DNA from: Clostridia bacterium | Lineage (GTDB): Bacteria > Bacillota > Clostridia > RGIG6154 | Reading direction: 5' to 3' | DNA length: 64,000 nt | NCBI GenBank assembly: GCA_017626145.1 | Contig: JAGAJK010000044.1 | Span: 24,424 to 88,423 of the forward strand | In this document: piece after piece, positions 1 to 10,687 of the stretch | How positions within the stretch are numbered: the stretch's first letter is position 1 | Layout: every line of letters starts with the position of its first letter | The notes under the pieces: generated by a model | What the model saw: the letters and a program-made list of their open reading frames with translations, nothing else | Database searches by the model: none | What the model was told of the DNA's origin: nothing | Translations under genes and position numbers: made by a program

Positions 1-416
1 TTAAAAAACTGCATAAGCTCGTCAAGAGAAAGCTTTCTTAAAATTTTACCCACTCTTGTTATACGGGGGTCGTCCTTTATTTTAAACACAGGTCCGTCCA
101 TTTCGTTCTGTTTTGCAAGCTGCTCAATCATCTGATCCGCATTGGCACGCATAGTTCTGAACTTGTACATATAAAATTCTTTTCCGTGACGACCTACTCT
201 TATCTGTTTATAAAATGGTCCTGCACTATGGTCATCAATAACGATAACAATAGAAATAACAATCATTAACGGCAGGAAAAACAGCAAAATCAATGTGGCA
301 AAGAATATATCGAAAAGTCTTTTATGCCGCCAGAAGGTGGAATATGATTTTTCAATAATTGATTCAAGCTTTTCTCTCGTTCTTGCATCAACCTTGTCCT
401 GGTCAATATAAGGCAT
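1..416 (-). CDS. Priming sugar transferase (Bac_transf/CpsE-WcaJ family), 3' end runs off the window
   Basis: Manual translation from ATG at 416 gives ...RHKRLFDIFFA...GPFYKQIRVGRHGKEFYMYKFRTM...NEMDGPVFKIKDDPRITRVGKILRKLSLDEL, the family signature. The start overlaps the upstream stop (TAATG). Confidence 0.9.
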   Translation of the reverse strand, partial: MPYIDQDKVDARTREKLESIIEKSYSTFWRHKRLFDIFFATLILLFFLPLMIVISIVIVIDDHSAGPFYKQIRVGRHGKEFYMYKFRTMRANADQMIEQLAKQNEMDGPVFKIKDDPRITRVGKILRKLSLDELMQFF

Positions 417-1282
417 TACAACACACTTCTTTCTGATAATTTTATTACAGAATCAAATTCCGTTTTTCTGTTGTCTGATAAATAAAATTTTTCAAACACT
501 ATATTATTATTTTTAAAATCAATTTCATTTTTCTCAATATAACCGGGATGGAATAATATTTCTATATCCATACCGTTTTTCTGTGCTCGTTTTATATACC
601 CGGGTAAAAGCTTTTTTACTCTGTTTTCGTCCATTTTACCAGAAAACAGTATTCCGAAAAAATTTGCTGTGGGTATTTTATTTTTCTTAACATACTTTTG
701 GTTGCACAGCCAAAGCAGCTTAAGTAGCCATTGCTTGATGATATTTACCATATTGTAGGTAAAATACAGCGACGGCTTTTTAATAAAGGGCACCAAAGGC
801 TCGGAGGGTATTCTGATATATTCCAAAGCTATTTTTTCATCATCCAGCACCTTAACCAATGCTTTGAATACTGCAGGAATCATATGCGTATGCTGATGAC
901 TGTCTACACAAAACGGCACACTCTCCGGCAAAATATTTTTCCAGAATAAAACCTGTGCTTTAATTTCTTTATAAAGCTGAGCTTCAAGCTCTTTTCTATG
1001 GAATAAACAAAGCTTGAATAATCCACCGAAGGTATATTTGAAATTACCGTTTTTATGAGCAATCAGGCTTACTTCATCTGCTTTTGCCATACACTTGCCT
1101 TCCACAAGATTAAGGTGCAGAGAAAGCCGTACACTATTATTATCCGATAATTTACTTAAATCAACCTTGCCGAGGTTTGGAAATACGCTTACCTTGTTTA
1201 GCACACCCTCTTCTATACATTGCTGTATATGTATATTTGCGCTGTCACAAAGTCCGTAATCGTCGGCACAAAAATATATCAC
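416..1282 (-). CDS. ChbG/HpnK (YdjC) family carbohydrate deacetylase
   Basis: ADDYG, LHLNLVEG, DSHQHTH and EILFHPG motifs. Confidence 0.9.
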   Translation of the reverse strand: MIYFCADDYGLCDSANIHIQQCIEEGVLNKVSVFPNLGKVDLSKLSDNNSVRLSLHLNLVEGKCMAKADEVSLIAHKNGNFKYTFGGLFKLCLFHRKELEAQLYKEIKAQVLFWKNILPESVPFCVDSHQHTHMIPAVFKALVKVLDDEKIALEYIRIPSEPLVPFIKKPSLYFTYNMVNIIKQWLLKLLWLCNQKYVKKNKIPTANFFGILFSGKMDENRVKKLLPGYIKRAQKNGMDIEILFHPGYIEKNEIDFKNNNIVFEKFYLSDNRKTEFDSVIKLSERSVL

Positions 1283-2851
1283 TTAAAATTCACCTTCTGT
1301 ACCAAGCTTAATAACTATTATATTATCTGTAACCATAATACAATCTTCATATGGCCACACATTCATAGCCTTTATATCTTCTCTTTGAGAGATTGCTTTC
1401 TTTTCATCACCGCTTACGAATTTATAATTCTTATCACAGTAATCGTTAAGGGCACTGCATAATACACTTTGTCCTACCGTCTCATCATCTGCACGAATTA
1501 TGTAACCGTCTGTTATTCCTGTAATATCAGGTGGCAGATTGACGCTGTAGGACTCGCTGTTTTCCAGGTGACCGATTACAAGAATTCTGTCACAGGCTTC
1601 AGCCTCCTTAGTCTGCTCTATACGGTCTGCTATACGTACCAGAGTGCCGTAGGATTTTTCGTAAGCAATTTGTGCCTTATGGTAACTTACGTTTGCTATA
1701 ACAATCTGATTTAAAATAACTGCAGCACTTACAAGTAATACCGTCCAGCATTTGACTGCAGAATATCTCTCATTCTTTTCATTTCCTCTTTCGTAAATAA
1801 GAATGAAAAATATATAAAATATACTATAACCCATAAGCATTAAGTTATGGTAATCAACAAAAGGATTTATAAATGCAAGTGCTCCCGCTCCGAATACCAG
1901 CAGAACACTCAACACAATAATCATCATAATACTTAAAGGCTTTTTATAAAGCTTGTTCTTAATTACACATTTGATATAATACAAAACGGTAAAAATCATA
2001 ACAAGGAAATTAAGTACAGCATATACGCTTACGCCATCCGATAAATCGAAGAAGTATTTTAAAAATGTTTCCTTAACAATGTAAAGGGATGCAAATAAAT
2101 TAATATTTGATAAAGAAGCTGTATTTCCCATTCCCTGATAATCAAGTAATTCAACTGAAAAAATACTGAGAAGTATTTTGAGCACAATACCGTACAGCAA
2201 TACGCCAATAACACCTGCTATAAGCATATACAAGGCTTTTTTCAGAAGCACACCGAAAGGTACGCTTTTGTTAACAGCTTCATCAATCAGCTTAAGCAAA
2301 ACAAGCATTATCGTAACTGTTATATATGCCTGATAAATACCGACAGATAAAGCAATCAGCAAAGCAGAAATACGGTGTGACGGTTTTTCCCTTGTCATAT
2401 AAAATGCGGCTAATACCGAAAGAAAAAATGCTACAGCATAACCGTCAGCAACATAGTTGTACATCATAACCGAAGTAACTGCCGGGAATGACGCTACAAG
2501 TGCACCCACAAGACCTGCGGTTATTTTTTTATTTACATTAAGTATTCTGCATATATACACTGCACCAAGTGCATGGAATACAATTGAAATAATCCCGTTT
2601 AAAAATGGTAAATCGTAAAATGAGCTAAAGGAGCAGACAACGGGTAAAAACCATCTTCCGAGAGCAATCATATTCTGAGAATCATATCTAAATACCAACG
2701 AATCCCAGTTAGGAAGCCAGTTTGTTATTTTATACAAGTGAGCAAGCAGACCTGCTGTCAATGCCATTAAAAAACAAGCTTTCCACTGAGGTAAAATATA
2801 TGTATTAAGTTTTTTTAATACTTTTTCTGGCAAAACTACCACTCCAGCCAT
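1283..2851 (-). CDS. Polytopic membrane glycosyltransferase, GtrII-like (GT-C)
   Basis: About 11 hydrophobic helices, with LGRW and GIYQAY motifs typical of Glucos_trans_II proteins; lies in a polysaccharide locus. Confidence 0.75.
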   Translation of the reverse strand: MAGVVVLPEKVLKKLNTYILPQWKACFLMALTAGLLAHLYKITNWLPNWDSLVFRYDSQNMIALGRWFLPVVCSFSSFYDLPFLNGIISIVFHALGAVYICRILNVNKKITAGLVGALVASFPAVTSVMMYNYVADGYAVAFFLSVLAAFYMTREKPSHRISALLIALSVGIYQAYITVTIMLVLLKLIDEAVNKSVPFGVLLKKALYMLIAGVIGVLLYGIVLKILLSIFSVELLDYQGMGNTASLSNINLFASLYIVKETFLKYFFDLSDGVSVYAVLNFLVMIFTVLYYIKCVIKNKLYKKPLSIMMIIVLSVLLVFGAGALAFINPFVDYHNLMLMGYSIFYIFFILIYERGNEKNERYSAVKCWTVLLVSAAVILNQIVIANVSYHKAQIAYEKSYGTLVRIADRIEQTKEAEACDRILVIGHLENSESYSVNLPPDITGITDGYIIRADDETVGQSVLCSALNDYCDKNYKFVSGDEKKAISQREDIKAMNVWPYEDCIMVTDNIIVIKLGTEGEF

Positions 2852-3570
2852 TTAAATTTATGTAAAAATTTTCCATACAATTTATCGTACAGCTTTACAC
2901 CAACAAGCCTTTTGACAAACAACGTCCTCTTAGCTGTTTTCGATGTCCACGAAGCACAAAAATGATGGATTGAATAAGTGTTCTCAGTTATTACTTTTTT
3001 CCCTGTATAATATTTTACAGGACAAAGATAATCCTCAGGCAGCATATGAATTCCCATAAATACCTGGTTTTTATTATTCAGCTCCAGACCGAGACTTACC
3101 ATAATTTTAGTATTTCTGTCGGGACAGGGAGTCATATCGTAGCTCCCGTCGGGAAGAACAAACGATATATCGTCATAATCCTCAATCAAGGCTTTCACCA
3201 GAGGATTTCCCTTTTCGCAGGCAAAACCGAGACCGGTTGAAATGACACCGTTATCATCGAAGCCCATAAAACCGCCTTCTCCAATAAGGTCGTCAAGTGG
3301 TTTTATAAGCTCAACATCTGTATCAAGGTAAATACCGCCCTCATCATACAACACCTTCAGTCTTACATAGTCGCTGACAAAAGCCCACTTTCCTGCTTCA
3401 TAAGCTTGCTTTGCGTATCTGTTCTCCGTTATATCAAAATTATCTTCATTGTGACAAATTATTTTATATTGAGGACAGTACTTTTCCCAGCTTTTTATGC
3501 ATTTTTCTGCAAGTGGAGGCATTTTCCCTTTACCAAACCAGCAATAGTGAATCACTTTTGGAATACTCAT
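2836..3570 (-). CDS. Glycosyltransferase family 32 (DXD, capsular polysaccharide synthesis)
   Basis: IPKVIHYCWFG, AFVSDYVR and GGIYLDTDVE motifs; start placed at the ATGA overlap at 3570. Confidence 0.92.
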   Translation of the reverse strand: MSIPKVIHYCWFGKGKMPPLAEKCIKSWEKYCPQYKIICHNEDNFDITENRYAKQAYEAGKWAFVSDYVRLKVLYDEGGIYLDTDVELIKPLDDLIGEGGFMGFDDNGVISTGLGFACEKGNPLVKALIEDYDDISFVLPDGSYDMTPCPDRNTKIMVSLGLELNNKNQVFMGIHMLPEDYLCPVKYYTGKKVITENTYSIHHFCASWTSKTAKRTLFVKRLVGVKLYDKLYGKFLHKFKWLEW

Positions 3571-5072
3571 TGATTTTTCTTCCCCCTGCAAAGTTCAAAA
3601 ATAGTTTTAAATGCAGCTCTGTTAAATACAAAATTTACAAGCAGGTACAACGCCGCAATCCATATTGAGTGGATTATTCCGTTCAGTAACAGCTTTAAAA
3701 ATGAGAAATTGCTGAATGTATCCACAAAAAACACCGCCATAATTACAGCGAAAACTGCAAAATTGGTAACCAGTATTTTGTATGTATGCCACATACTTCT
3801 CTTTAGAATCTTTTTATTGGAGTAGTAAATTGTTACTATTCCACGGTATATAAGAGCCGCTATTGTTCCTAAAATGGCACCGCATATTCCTATATATATA
3901 ATGGCAACAACGGAAAAAGTAATATTTATAATCATTTCCCATACCGCAAAGGAACGGGTTTTTTTAAAGTCACCCGAATACTCAATAACCCCATTGGCAG
4001 GAAGCTTGAAGCCGGCAATTAAGTTCATTATCACGAAAAGCAGTACAAGAAATGTATTTGTATACTCCGCATCGTTTATTCCGCTTGTATATATCTGTAT
4101 AAGCGGAAGTAAAAATACTGCCATTAAAGTATAAACAATACAGTTTGCCATTACATAAAAGGTTTCATATGCATTAAACAGCTTATCAAACCTTTCCCTG
4201 TCGGTGTGAAACATCTGTCCCAATGCAAAGGTAAAGGATGAAACTATACTTGTTATAAAATTCTGAACCTGAGAAAAGAACATATTGTATATTGCATAAA
4301 TACTTGCCGCCTTAAAATCACAAAGAACGGAAATAAGCAATACGTCCGTATTATTAAATACCATCCCCGAAAGCTGATGTACAAGAACCGAATTTTTCTG
4401 GGATATAGCTTCAAAGTCAGGCTTTGCTTTCAAATTAAGCCACTTATATCTGCGTTTTGCATAAAAATATAAAAATGCAAGCTGAATAAGTGCAATTATA
4501 CAGTACACAAGCTGAATAAGAATAAGACTGTCAGTTAAAAGCAGTACAAGTATTTTCCCTATATTTGATGCAAGCTGAAGCAGAGTTTCGGAATTATTTA
4601 TTACATACTTTCTGCCGTCAACCTCCATAAGAATTCTGTATTTTGCCTGAATAAAATAACTGAAAAGTGAAGGCAAAGCATTTAATATAACTATAAAAAA
4701 CAAAATATTGCTGTCGATGGAAGTAGGTATCAGATAAGCATATACTAATGCAATAACAAGCACAATAGCAGAATATATTACACCCGTTTTAATATAATAA
4801 GAATTGGTTGCTGACAGAACTTCGCTTGCACTCTTATAATCCTTTTCACCTATTCTCTTATACAGAGCCTGCGTTGTAGCAAGACCTACACCCGCTTCCA
4901 AAAGACACATATATGTAAAAATCTGCTTTATGGTTGAAAGTACGCCATTGACCTCAGAACCGAAATTTTCAAGATAAAGTCTCGGCAAAAGGAAGCTAAG
5001 AGATATAAGAACAACCTGATAGATAAGTGAAGATATCAGATTATGCTTTATTCTTGAATCTTTATTAGTCAA
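3567..5072 (-). CDS. Polysaccharide flippase (Wzx/MOP superfamily)
   Basis: 501 aa with 12-14 TM segments, LLEAGVG and NNTD motifs; locus context. Confidence 0.85.
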   Translation of the reverse strand: MTNKDSRIKHNLISSLIYQVVLISLSFLLPRLYLENFGSEVNGVLSTIKQIFTYMCLLEAGVGLATTQALYKRIGEKDYKSASEVLSATNSYYIKTGVIYSAIVLVIALVYAYLIPTSIDSNILFFIVILNALPSLFSYFIQAKYRILMEVDGRKYVINNSETLLQLASNIGKILVLLLTDSLILIQLVYCIIALIQLAFLYFYAKRRYKWLNLKAKPDFEAISQKNSVLVHQLSGMVFNNTDVLLISVLCDFKAASIYAIYNMFFSQVQNFITSIVSSFTFALGQMFHTDRERFDKLFNAYETFYVMANCIVYTLMAVFLLPLIQIYTSGINDAEYTNTFLVLLFVIMNLIAGFKLPANGVIEYSGDFKKTRSFAVWEMIINITFSVVAIIYIGICGAILGTIAALIYRGIVTIYYSNKKILKRSMWHTYKILVTNFAVFAVIMAVFFVDTFSNFSFLKLLLNGIIHSIWIAALYLLVNFVFNRAAFKTIFELCRGKKNQ

Positions 5073-5113
5073 TACGTCACCTCAATCCTTTAAAAAGTTG
5101 TTTTTAAAAGCTG

Positions 5114-5656
5114 TCATACACGGTTGCAGACATAATCTGCAGTAGCATTTTCCTTTGAAATTATTCTTCCCGGATTACCTATAACCACACTATGGTCAGG
5201 AACATCAAAATTAACGTAGGTAAGCGGTGCAATCAATACATCGCTGCCTATTTTTACGTTTCCGACTATAACGGCATTTGTTCCAATCCAGCAATTATCC
5301 CCAAGCTGAGGCGTGCCCTTTCTTTTTCCCCGGTTTTCCATACCTATGGTAACACCTGTACCGATATTTATGTTTTTACCAAGCTTTGCATCGGGATGAA
5401 TTATAATACGACCCAGATGCCCGATGTAAAAGCCCTCACCTATACTTGTTCTTGCAGGAATCTGAATTTGTGTTCTGTGTGACAGATACATAAGCTTTAA
5501 CATATAAAAAAGCTTTAACGGCAGAAAAGAACACATATTTGCTTTTCTGAATACAGATATATATTTGATTTCAAGAGGACGGAAAATCCTTTTTAAAAAG
5601 GGCTCTCCTTTTTCGCCGTAATACCGGTACAAATCTTTTTTAAAAACTCTGTTCAT
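5114..5656 (-). CDS. Serine O-acetyltransferase-like (left-handed beta-helix) polysaccharide acetyltransferase
   Basis: Hexapeptide repeats IGEGFYIGH, LGKNINIGTGVTIG, LGDNCWIG and a VIGNPG end motif. Confidence 0.85.
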   Translation of the reverse strand: MNRVFKKDLYRYYGEKGEPFLKRIFRPLEIKYISVFRKANMCSFLPLKLFYMLKLMYLSHRTQIQIPARTSIGEGFYIGHLGRIIIHPDAKLGKNINIGTGVTIGMENRGKRKGTPQLGDNCWIGTNAVIVGNVKIGSDVLIAPLTYVNFDVPDHSVVIGNPGRIISKENATADYVCNRV

Positions 5657-5669
5657 AGCTTTTTCTCTC

Positions 5670-6044
5670 TCATTTTTCTTCAAGAAATATTTTTCTTGTT
5701 ATAAAATTGTAAACAGGAACAATTACCATAGCAATAAATTTTACTACCAGATAGTATACGGATGTAAAATTAACGCCAATCCATAAAATAAGCTGATTCA
5801 GACACAATCCGCCGATGCTTAGTAATACAAACACAATAAATTCCTTTATCTTGTTTTGGTTTTTACTTTTGAATACAAATGCCATACTTAAAATATAGTT
5901 TGCGGTAACAGAAACACAAAAGGATATCATTGATGCAAGCAACACATCCATATGTAACAGCTCTTTTAATATAACAAGAACGCCTACGTCAAGAACAGCG
6001 GCAATGACACCTACTATTCCAAACCTGATCAGCTGAACAATCAC
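5670..6044 (-). CDS. GtrA family flippase-like protein
   Basis: 124 aa, 4 TM, QLIRFGIVG...NYILS...YNFITRK. Confidence 0.9.
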   Translation of the reverse strand: MIVQLIRFGIVGVIAAVLDVGVLVILKELLHMDVLLASMISFCVSVTANYILSMAFVFKSKNQNKIKEFIVFVLLSIGGLCLNQLILWIGVNFTSVYYLVVKFIAMVIVPVYNFITRKIFLEEK

Positions 6045-6058
6045 TTACAATTCCTCCG

Positions 6059-8359
6059 TTACTCTCTTGCAAATACCCAAAGGGTTTCTTTTACATTTTC
6101 ATTATCATCAGTTAAATTGTATACACTAAGGATTACAGTTTCGCCATTTACTTTTTTGTATGTAATTGACGGTGTTTTCCCTTCCGATATCTGACGTTTT
6201 ATTGCATCATAATTTAGAAAGCTTGTAACTGCTCTGTGAAAATCGGGATGTATAATGTCATTGATATATCTTACAAGTAACTTGGAGAAGTTTTCCTCAT
6301 CCTCCTTATAGCCGAGATAAGCGGGCATAAGGATTCTGTGAGCATTATCCGAATCAAGTGATACTCTGTATATACCGTTGTAATGCTCCTTAAGAACAGA
6401 AATCAATGTATCGATTTCTCTGATACCTGTTTTTAACTGACTGTAGCTCTTTTCTGTATCCTCAGATATATTGATTTGCTCTTTATTCTGATAATACTGA
6501 GCCTTTGATTCATACATTCTTATTTCTGCCTCACGAACCATTTCCTCGCAGTTTGTATTCGTAGTTCTGTATGACATACCGATAGCTACGTGATATCCCA
6601 TAGGATTCAACTGCTCAACAAAGGCATCTATCTTCTGCTTAACAATCGCCTGTTCGGTTTTTTCCGCAAATACCAGGAATTCATCTCCGCCCATACGGTA
6701 AATGTGCTGACCGAAGAACACTTCCTTTAACGAATTTGCAATATAGATAAGCATTTCATCGCCGGCGGCGTGTCCGTACTTATTATTTCTGATATGAAGC
6801 TCGTTAACATCAACATAAATACAAGAGAATTCTTCAGGCTTTTCTTCGTCAAAAACAAGAATATCCTTTTTATACGCTACACGGTTCAATGCTCCTGTTA
6901 ATGAATCCGTTGTTGCGGCAAGCTCAGTTCTGTTAAGATGCTTTCTGTTGTATATAGCAATTGTAAAGCAAACAGAAATATCTTCAATAAGCTTTCGTAC
7001 CACAATGCTCTTTTTAGGATTAATAGCTCCAAGTATACTTACGTGGTTGTTCTTGTCTGTAATAATTACAAATGATACTTCTCTTATACCGTGATTAAAC
7101 AAGAAATGATAGAATTCGGGATTCGTTTTCAAAAGATGGGTATCAGGAGTAATTTGCATAAAGTTAATCATAAGCTCGCTGACAGTATGAATATCCGCAG
7201 CATATCTGAAAAGCTCACTCTGAAAATACTTTCTGTCTTCACCCAACAAAAGCTCTTCTTTCAAGGATGGCTTGATATATACAAAATCCTCACCGTCCGT
7301 ATCTGCAAAAAACGCAGAGCGTGAGCCCGAAAACTCCTTAATGTGTTTTAATGCTTCTACAACATTGGTATATTGCTGATTAACCTCAAGAAGAAGTTTT
7401 CTTATATGAGAAGACTCCGAATGTAATCTTGCTCTGGTTTTCTCACTTCTCAATATCAACTCAAGGTATGCTAATATAATCAAAATGGTTAAACCAAACA
7501 TAATAATCAGATTTTTAGATATTTTATGGGTTTCCGCAAATACCTGAGTTTCATAACGTGCGAGCATAATACCCCAGTTGAAATCCTCAATCGTTGAATA
7601 ATGAACATACAAATCCTCGCCGGTACGTATCGATTCAAATGACGAATATCCCTTGTCGCCGCTTGCCATTTGCTCGTATGAATAGTCGCCGTTGTATTTT
7701 CTGCTCTTCAGGGCCGACAGCTCACCGGGTGGGTCATTTATTGTATCAATAATAAACTTTCCTGTTTCTTTATCATAAACGAAAAGCTGAGCATCCAGCT
7801 CTCTTGCCATATTGATATACTTTTCACCAATAACATCGAGAGGAATTACGCCGTATAAAATACCAACGGTTTCATTGTTTACCTTAATTGGAACTGCACT
7901 TCTTACAAGCTCATCAACACCACCTGTCAGATCAGGAACTCTGCCACTTATGTATTCACCGCACGCAGCTTCTTCCTCAAAAGAAATTTTCCCATTCAGG
8001 TCAACAGAGCCCATTTTAGTCATAAAAGTGTTGTCAGCATTTAATATACCTATGTTCGCTATCAATCCGATAGGCTTGAAGGATTCAAACATAATATCAT
8101 AGCTTTCACCATCGGCATAAAGCTTAGCGGCAAAGTTTGCCATAGTAATAAGATTTTCCCTGTCAGATTTTAACTGCAGAGTCAAATCATCCTTTATTTG
8201 TTTTGTCTGTATGTGAAGCATTTCATACGCATCATTTTCGGCCTTAATATAAAAAGACATAACCGTAGTAAGGAAAACTGCACATATCAAAATTGCCGTA
8301 ATAACCGTATATAAAATATTACTTTGTTTCTTTCTTTTACGCTCATACGTTATTGCCAC
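6059..8359 (-). CDS. Membrane-anchored sensor diguanylate cyclase (Cache-like + GGDEF)
   Basis: Two TM helices flank an extracellular domain; DSLTGALNR, DVNEL..NNKYGHAAGD and RMGGDEF motifs. Confidence 0.9.
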   Translation of the reverse strand: MAITYERKRKKQSNILYTVITAILICAVFLTTVMSFYIKAENDAYEMLHIQTKQIKDDLTLQLKSDRENLITMANFAAKLYADGESYDIMFESFKPIGLIANIGILNADNTFMTKMGSVDLNGKISFEEEAACGEYISGRVPDLTGGVDELVRSAVPIKVNNETVGILYGVIPLDVIGEKYINMARELDAQLFVYDKETGKFIIDTINDPPGELSALKSRKYNGDYSYEQMASGDKGYSSFESIRTGEDLYVHYSTIEDFNWGIMLARYETQVFAETHKISKNLIIMFGLTILIILAYLELILRSEKTRARLHSESSHIRKLLLEVNQQYTNVVEALKHIKEFSGSRSAFFADTDGEDFVYIKPSLKEELLLGEDRKYFQSELFRYAADIHTVSELMINFMQITPDTHLLKTNPEFYHFLFNHGIREVSFVIITDKNNHVSILGAINPKKSIVVRKLIEDISVCFTIAIYNRKHLNRTELAATTDSLTGALNRVAYKKDILVFDEEKPEEFSCIYVDVNELHIRNNKYGHAAGDEMLIYIANSLKEVFFGQHIYRMGGDEFLVFAEKTEQAIVKQKIDAFVEQLNPMGYHVAIGMSYRTTNTNCEEMVREAEIRMYESKAQYYQNKEQINISEDTEKSYSQLKTGIREIDTLISVLKEHYNGIYRVSLDSDNAHRILMPAYLGYKEDEENFSKLLVRYINDIIHPDFHRAVTSFLNYDAIKRQISEGKTPSITYKKVNGETVILSVYNLTDDNENVKETLWVFARE

Positions 8360-8550
8360 TTATTTACATCTTCTTTCATAAAAAAATAATATTGAAATTT
8401 GATTTTTCAGTATATCTGATCTGCTCATTAGTATCATTTTTGACACTATATTTTATTGTATCACATAATAGGAAAAAAATCAAGGAATCAGAGGCCTTTT
8501 GAGGGAATTTTACTTCATTATACTTAAATTATCAAATTTCACGCATAAAA

Positions 8551-8579
8551 GCAACCGGCAATTCATCTTTGCCGGTTGC
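8551..8579 (-). terminator. Rho-independent terminator after the GH127 gene
   Basis: GCAACCGGCAA/TTGCCGGTTGC inverted repeat with a U-tract on the minus strand. Confidence 0.75.
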
Positions 8580-8593
8580 TATGAACGTAATAA

Positions 8594-10543
8594 TTATTTA
8601 CATTTTATCCACACAGACACCTTTGATTTCCAGTCTTTTCCTGCTGAAGCATAGTCTGTAAGTGTTATGTTACCGCCGTCTTTCAGCCCCACCTCGGCTT
8701 CTACGATATTTGCAAACGAAGTCTTACTAATTTCAGAAATATTTACATCTGCAAAACCATCCGAAATTTCTATATCCGCATTGGTATTCAGATTACACAC
8801 CCTTTCATCTTGCGCAAGAACTATAGGCCCACGCATTAAAGCAACACGTCCCTTAGCATCTTCATCCTGCAAAGAATCTTCAAATTCCATCGGAAACAAC
8901 CTTCCCATCCACTTTGTTCTTATCTGTATTTTATCATAAATAAGAGGTCTTATAACTCTTGTTCTCATATCAAGATTAAGTTCGATTTCGTCGCCATTCG
9001 TTATTTTTTCAAGCTTTATATATCCGTCATTAACCTTTATCTGTTTTCCGTTAAGAGATAACGTTGTATTTTTGCTCCATTCAGGGTTTCTGATAAACAA
9101 TCCAAAGGATTCTTCATTCTTCGTTTCAACTGTTATTTTTACTTTCCCGTATTTAGGATATTCGGTTGATATTTTAAAATTTACTTCATTTCCGTTATCA
9201 AGATATGCTCTCGTTTCACCGTCTGTAAACAGATTCAGCACAAACCCATCTTTTGTTTTAAGAAGTGCCATCTGATTTATAAGACCACATCCTGCAGAAC
9301 CAATGCAGGCACAGCAACCATAATATGTATTATCGCTCATAACTAAAAGTCCGCCAATTCCGTTACCTCTTTTTTCGCTTACAAGGGGACTGTAGCTGTC
9401 AAAAGGAAGAGGAACCTTTTGGCAATTTTTTAACACTTCTGCGTTATACGCAAACTCACCTATTGCCTTTTCGGTATTTACCGCACCAAAGTACGCATTA
9501 TATAACGAGCGCTCAAAAGCATCTGCGTATTTTGCGTTTCCCGTAAGTAAAGTAACCTGAAACAGAAACTTCATAAGCGTTACGGTAACGCAGGTTTCCT
9601 GAGCTGTTTCTCCGTTAGTTGAATTTGCCTGACGTGCCGTTGAATAATCAAAAAACTCGTGGAAGCAGCAGCTTGAACCGGTTACGGTAAATTCCGTTTT
9701 TAAAAGCTTGTCTGCAAATTTAATTACAGCTTCCTTATGTTTTTCAATCCCCGTTACTCTGTAATATTCTAAAAGTCCCTCAAAGCAGGAAATCATTTCA
9801 TATGCTTTTGTTACAGGCAGTTGATATGGGTATATATTTTCATCGTGAATAAGTTCAAAAATATTTCCGTACCTTGAACCGCCGCAATCTACTATATGGG
9901 TTGCAAAATTAAGATATTTTTTATCTTGCGTAAGATTGTAAAATCTTACAACCGGTTCAAGGATTGAAGAAGAGTTAAGTGCTCCAAAGAACTCGGAGGT
10001 TTCGGTAATCGGAGTTTTCCCATCCTCTTTACTTCCGATTTTACTTATAATATAGTCAAGCTGACCTTTTATACAATTTTTGATTTTTTCTGTTAAAGCA
10101 TCGTCTTTGCATATTTCAATAAAATATTCCATTGAAAGAATCACGTATTTTCTGCACCACATATCCCAGCCAAAAAACTCTTTATCCGCTGAATAGGTGC
10201 TGATTCTGCCTAAATCATCCTGATAATTCATAATATAATAAATCGTTTTTTCTAAACTGTTATAAAGCTTTTCATTTTTAGTATACTGATACACAAAACA
10301 CGCACCGCGAAGCATTTTTCCCCAATACTCCCCTCGCCAGTTTCCGTCCGAATCGCTATCAGTTTTAAACTGGTCTGCAAATCGTGCCCACATTTCCTCA
10401 TCAAGAAGTTGAAACTCCTCAACGAATCTTATTATTTCGTCAATATAGCCGTTAAACCTGTTAACGGTCTTTCTGTCTGAAAAAAATATATCTGTTTTAA
10501 GTCTTGGATAATTAACATCAAGCTTTTGATACATATCGCTCAC
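8594..10543 (-). CDS. Glycoside hydrolase family 127 (beta-L-arabinofuranosidase-like)
   Basis: WRGEYWGK, KAYEM, ETCVT, YGCCAC and RGPIVLA motifs. Confidence 0.85.
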   Translation of the reverse strand: MSDMYQKLDVNYPRLKTDIFFSDRKTVNRFNGYIDEIIRFVEEFQLLDEEMWARFADQFKTDSDSDGNWRGEYWGKMLRGACFVYQYTKNEKLYNSLEKTIYYIMNYQDDLGRISTYSADKEFFGWDMWCRKYVILSMEYFIEICKDDALTEKIKNCIKGQLDYIISKIGSKEDGKTPITETSEFFGALNSSSILEPVVRFYNLTQDKKYLNFATHIVDCGGSRYGNIFELIHDENIYPYQLPVTKAYEMISCFEGLLEYYRVTGIEKHKEAVIKFADKLLKTEFTVTGSSCCFHEFFDYSTARQANSTNGETAQETCVTVTLMKFLFQVTLLTGNAKYADAFERSLYNAYFGAVNTEKAIGEFAYNAEVLKNCQKVPLPFDSYSPLVSEKRGNGIGGLLVMSDNTYYGCCACIGSAGCGLINQMALLKTKDGFVLNLFTDGETRAYLDNGNEVNFKISTEYPKYGKVKITVETKNEESFGLFIRNPEWSKNTTLSLNGKQIKVNDGYIKLEKITNGDEIELNLDMRTRVIRPLIYDKIQIRTKWMGRLFPMEFEDSLQDEDAKGRVALMRGPIVLAQDERVCNLNTNADIEISDGFADVNISEISKTSFANIVEAEVGLKDGGNITLTDYASAGKDWKSKVSVWIKCK

Positions 10544-10687
10544 CTCTTTAATTTTTATAACCCGAGTATATCATATTAAAAAAATTACTGCTACTAAAAA
10601 AGGTATTAAAATTCATTTACGCACCTAAAAAAAGTATCATTATATAAAATAAAGGACTGTAAAAAATCATCGATTTTTTACAGTCCC

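Noticed and set aside
8605-8613. Perfect DnaA box TTATCCACA
   Set aside because: A single copy inside the GH127 coding end; expected by chance.
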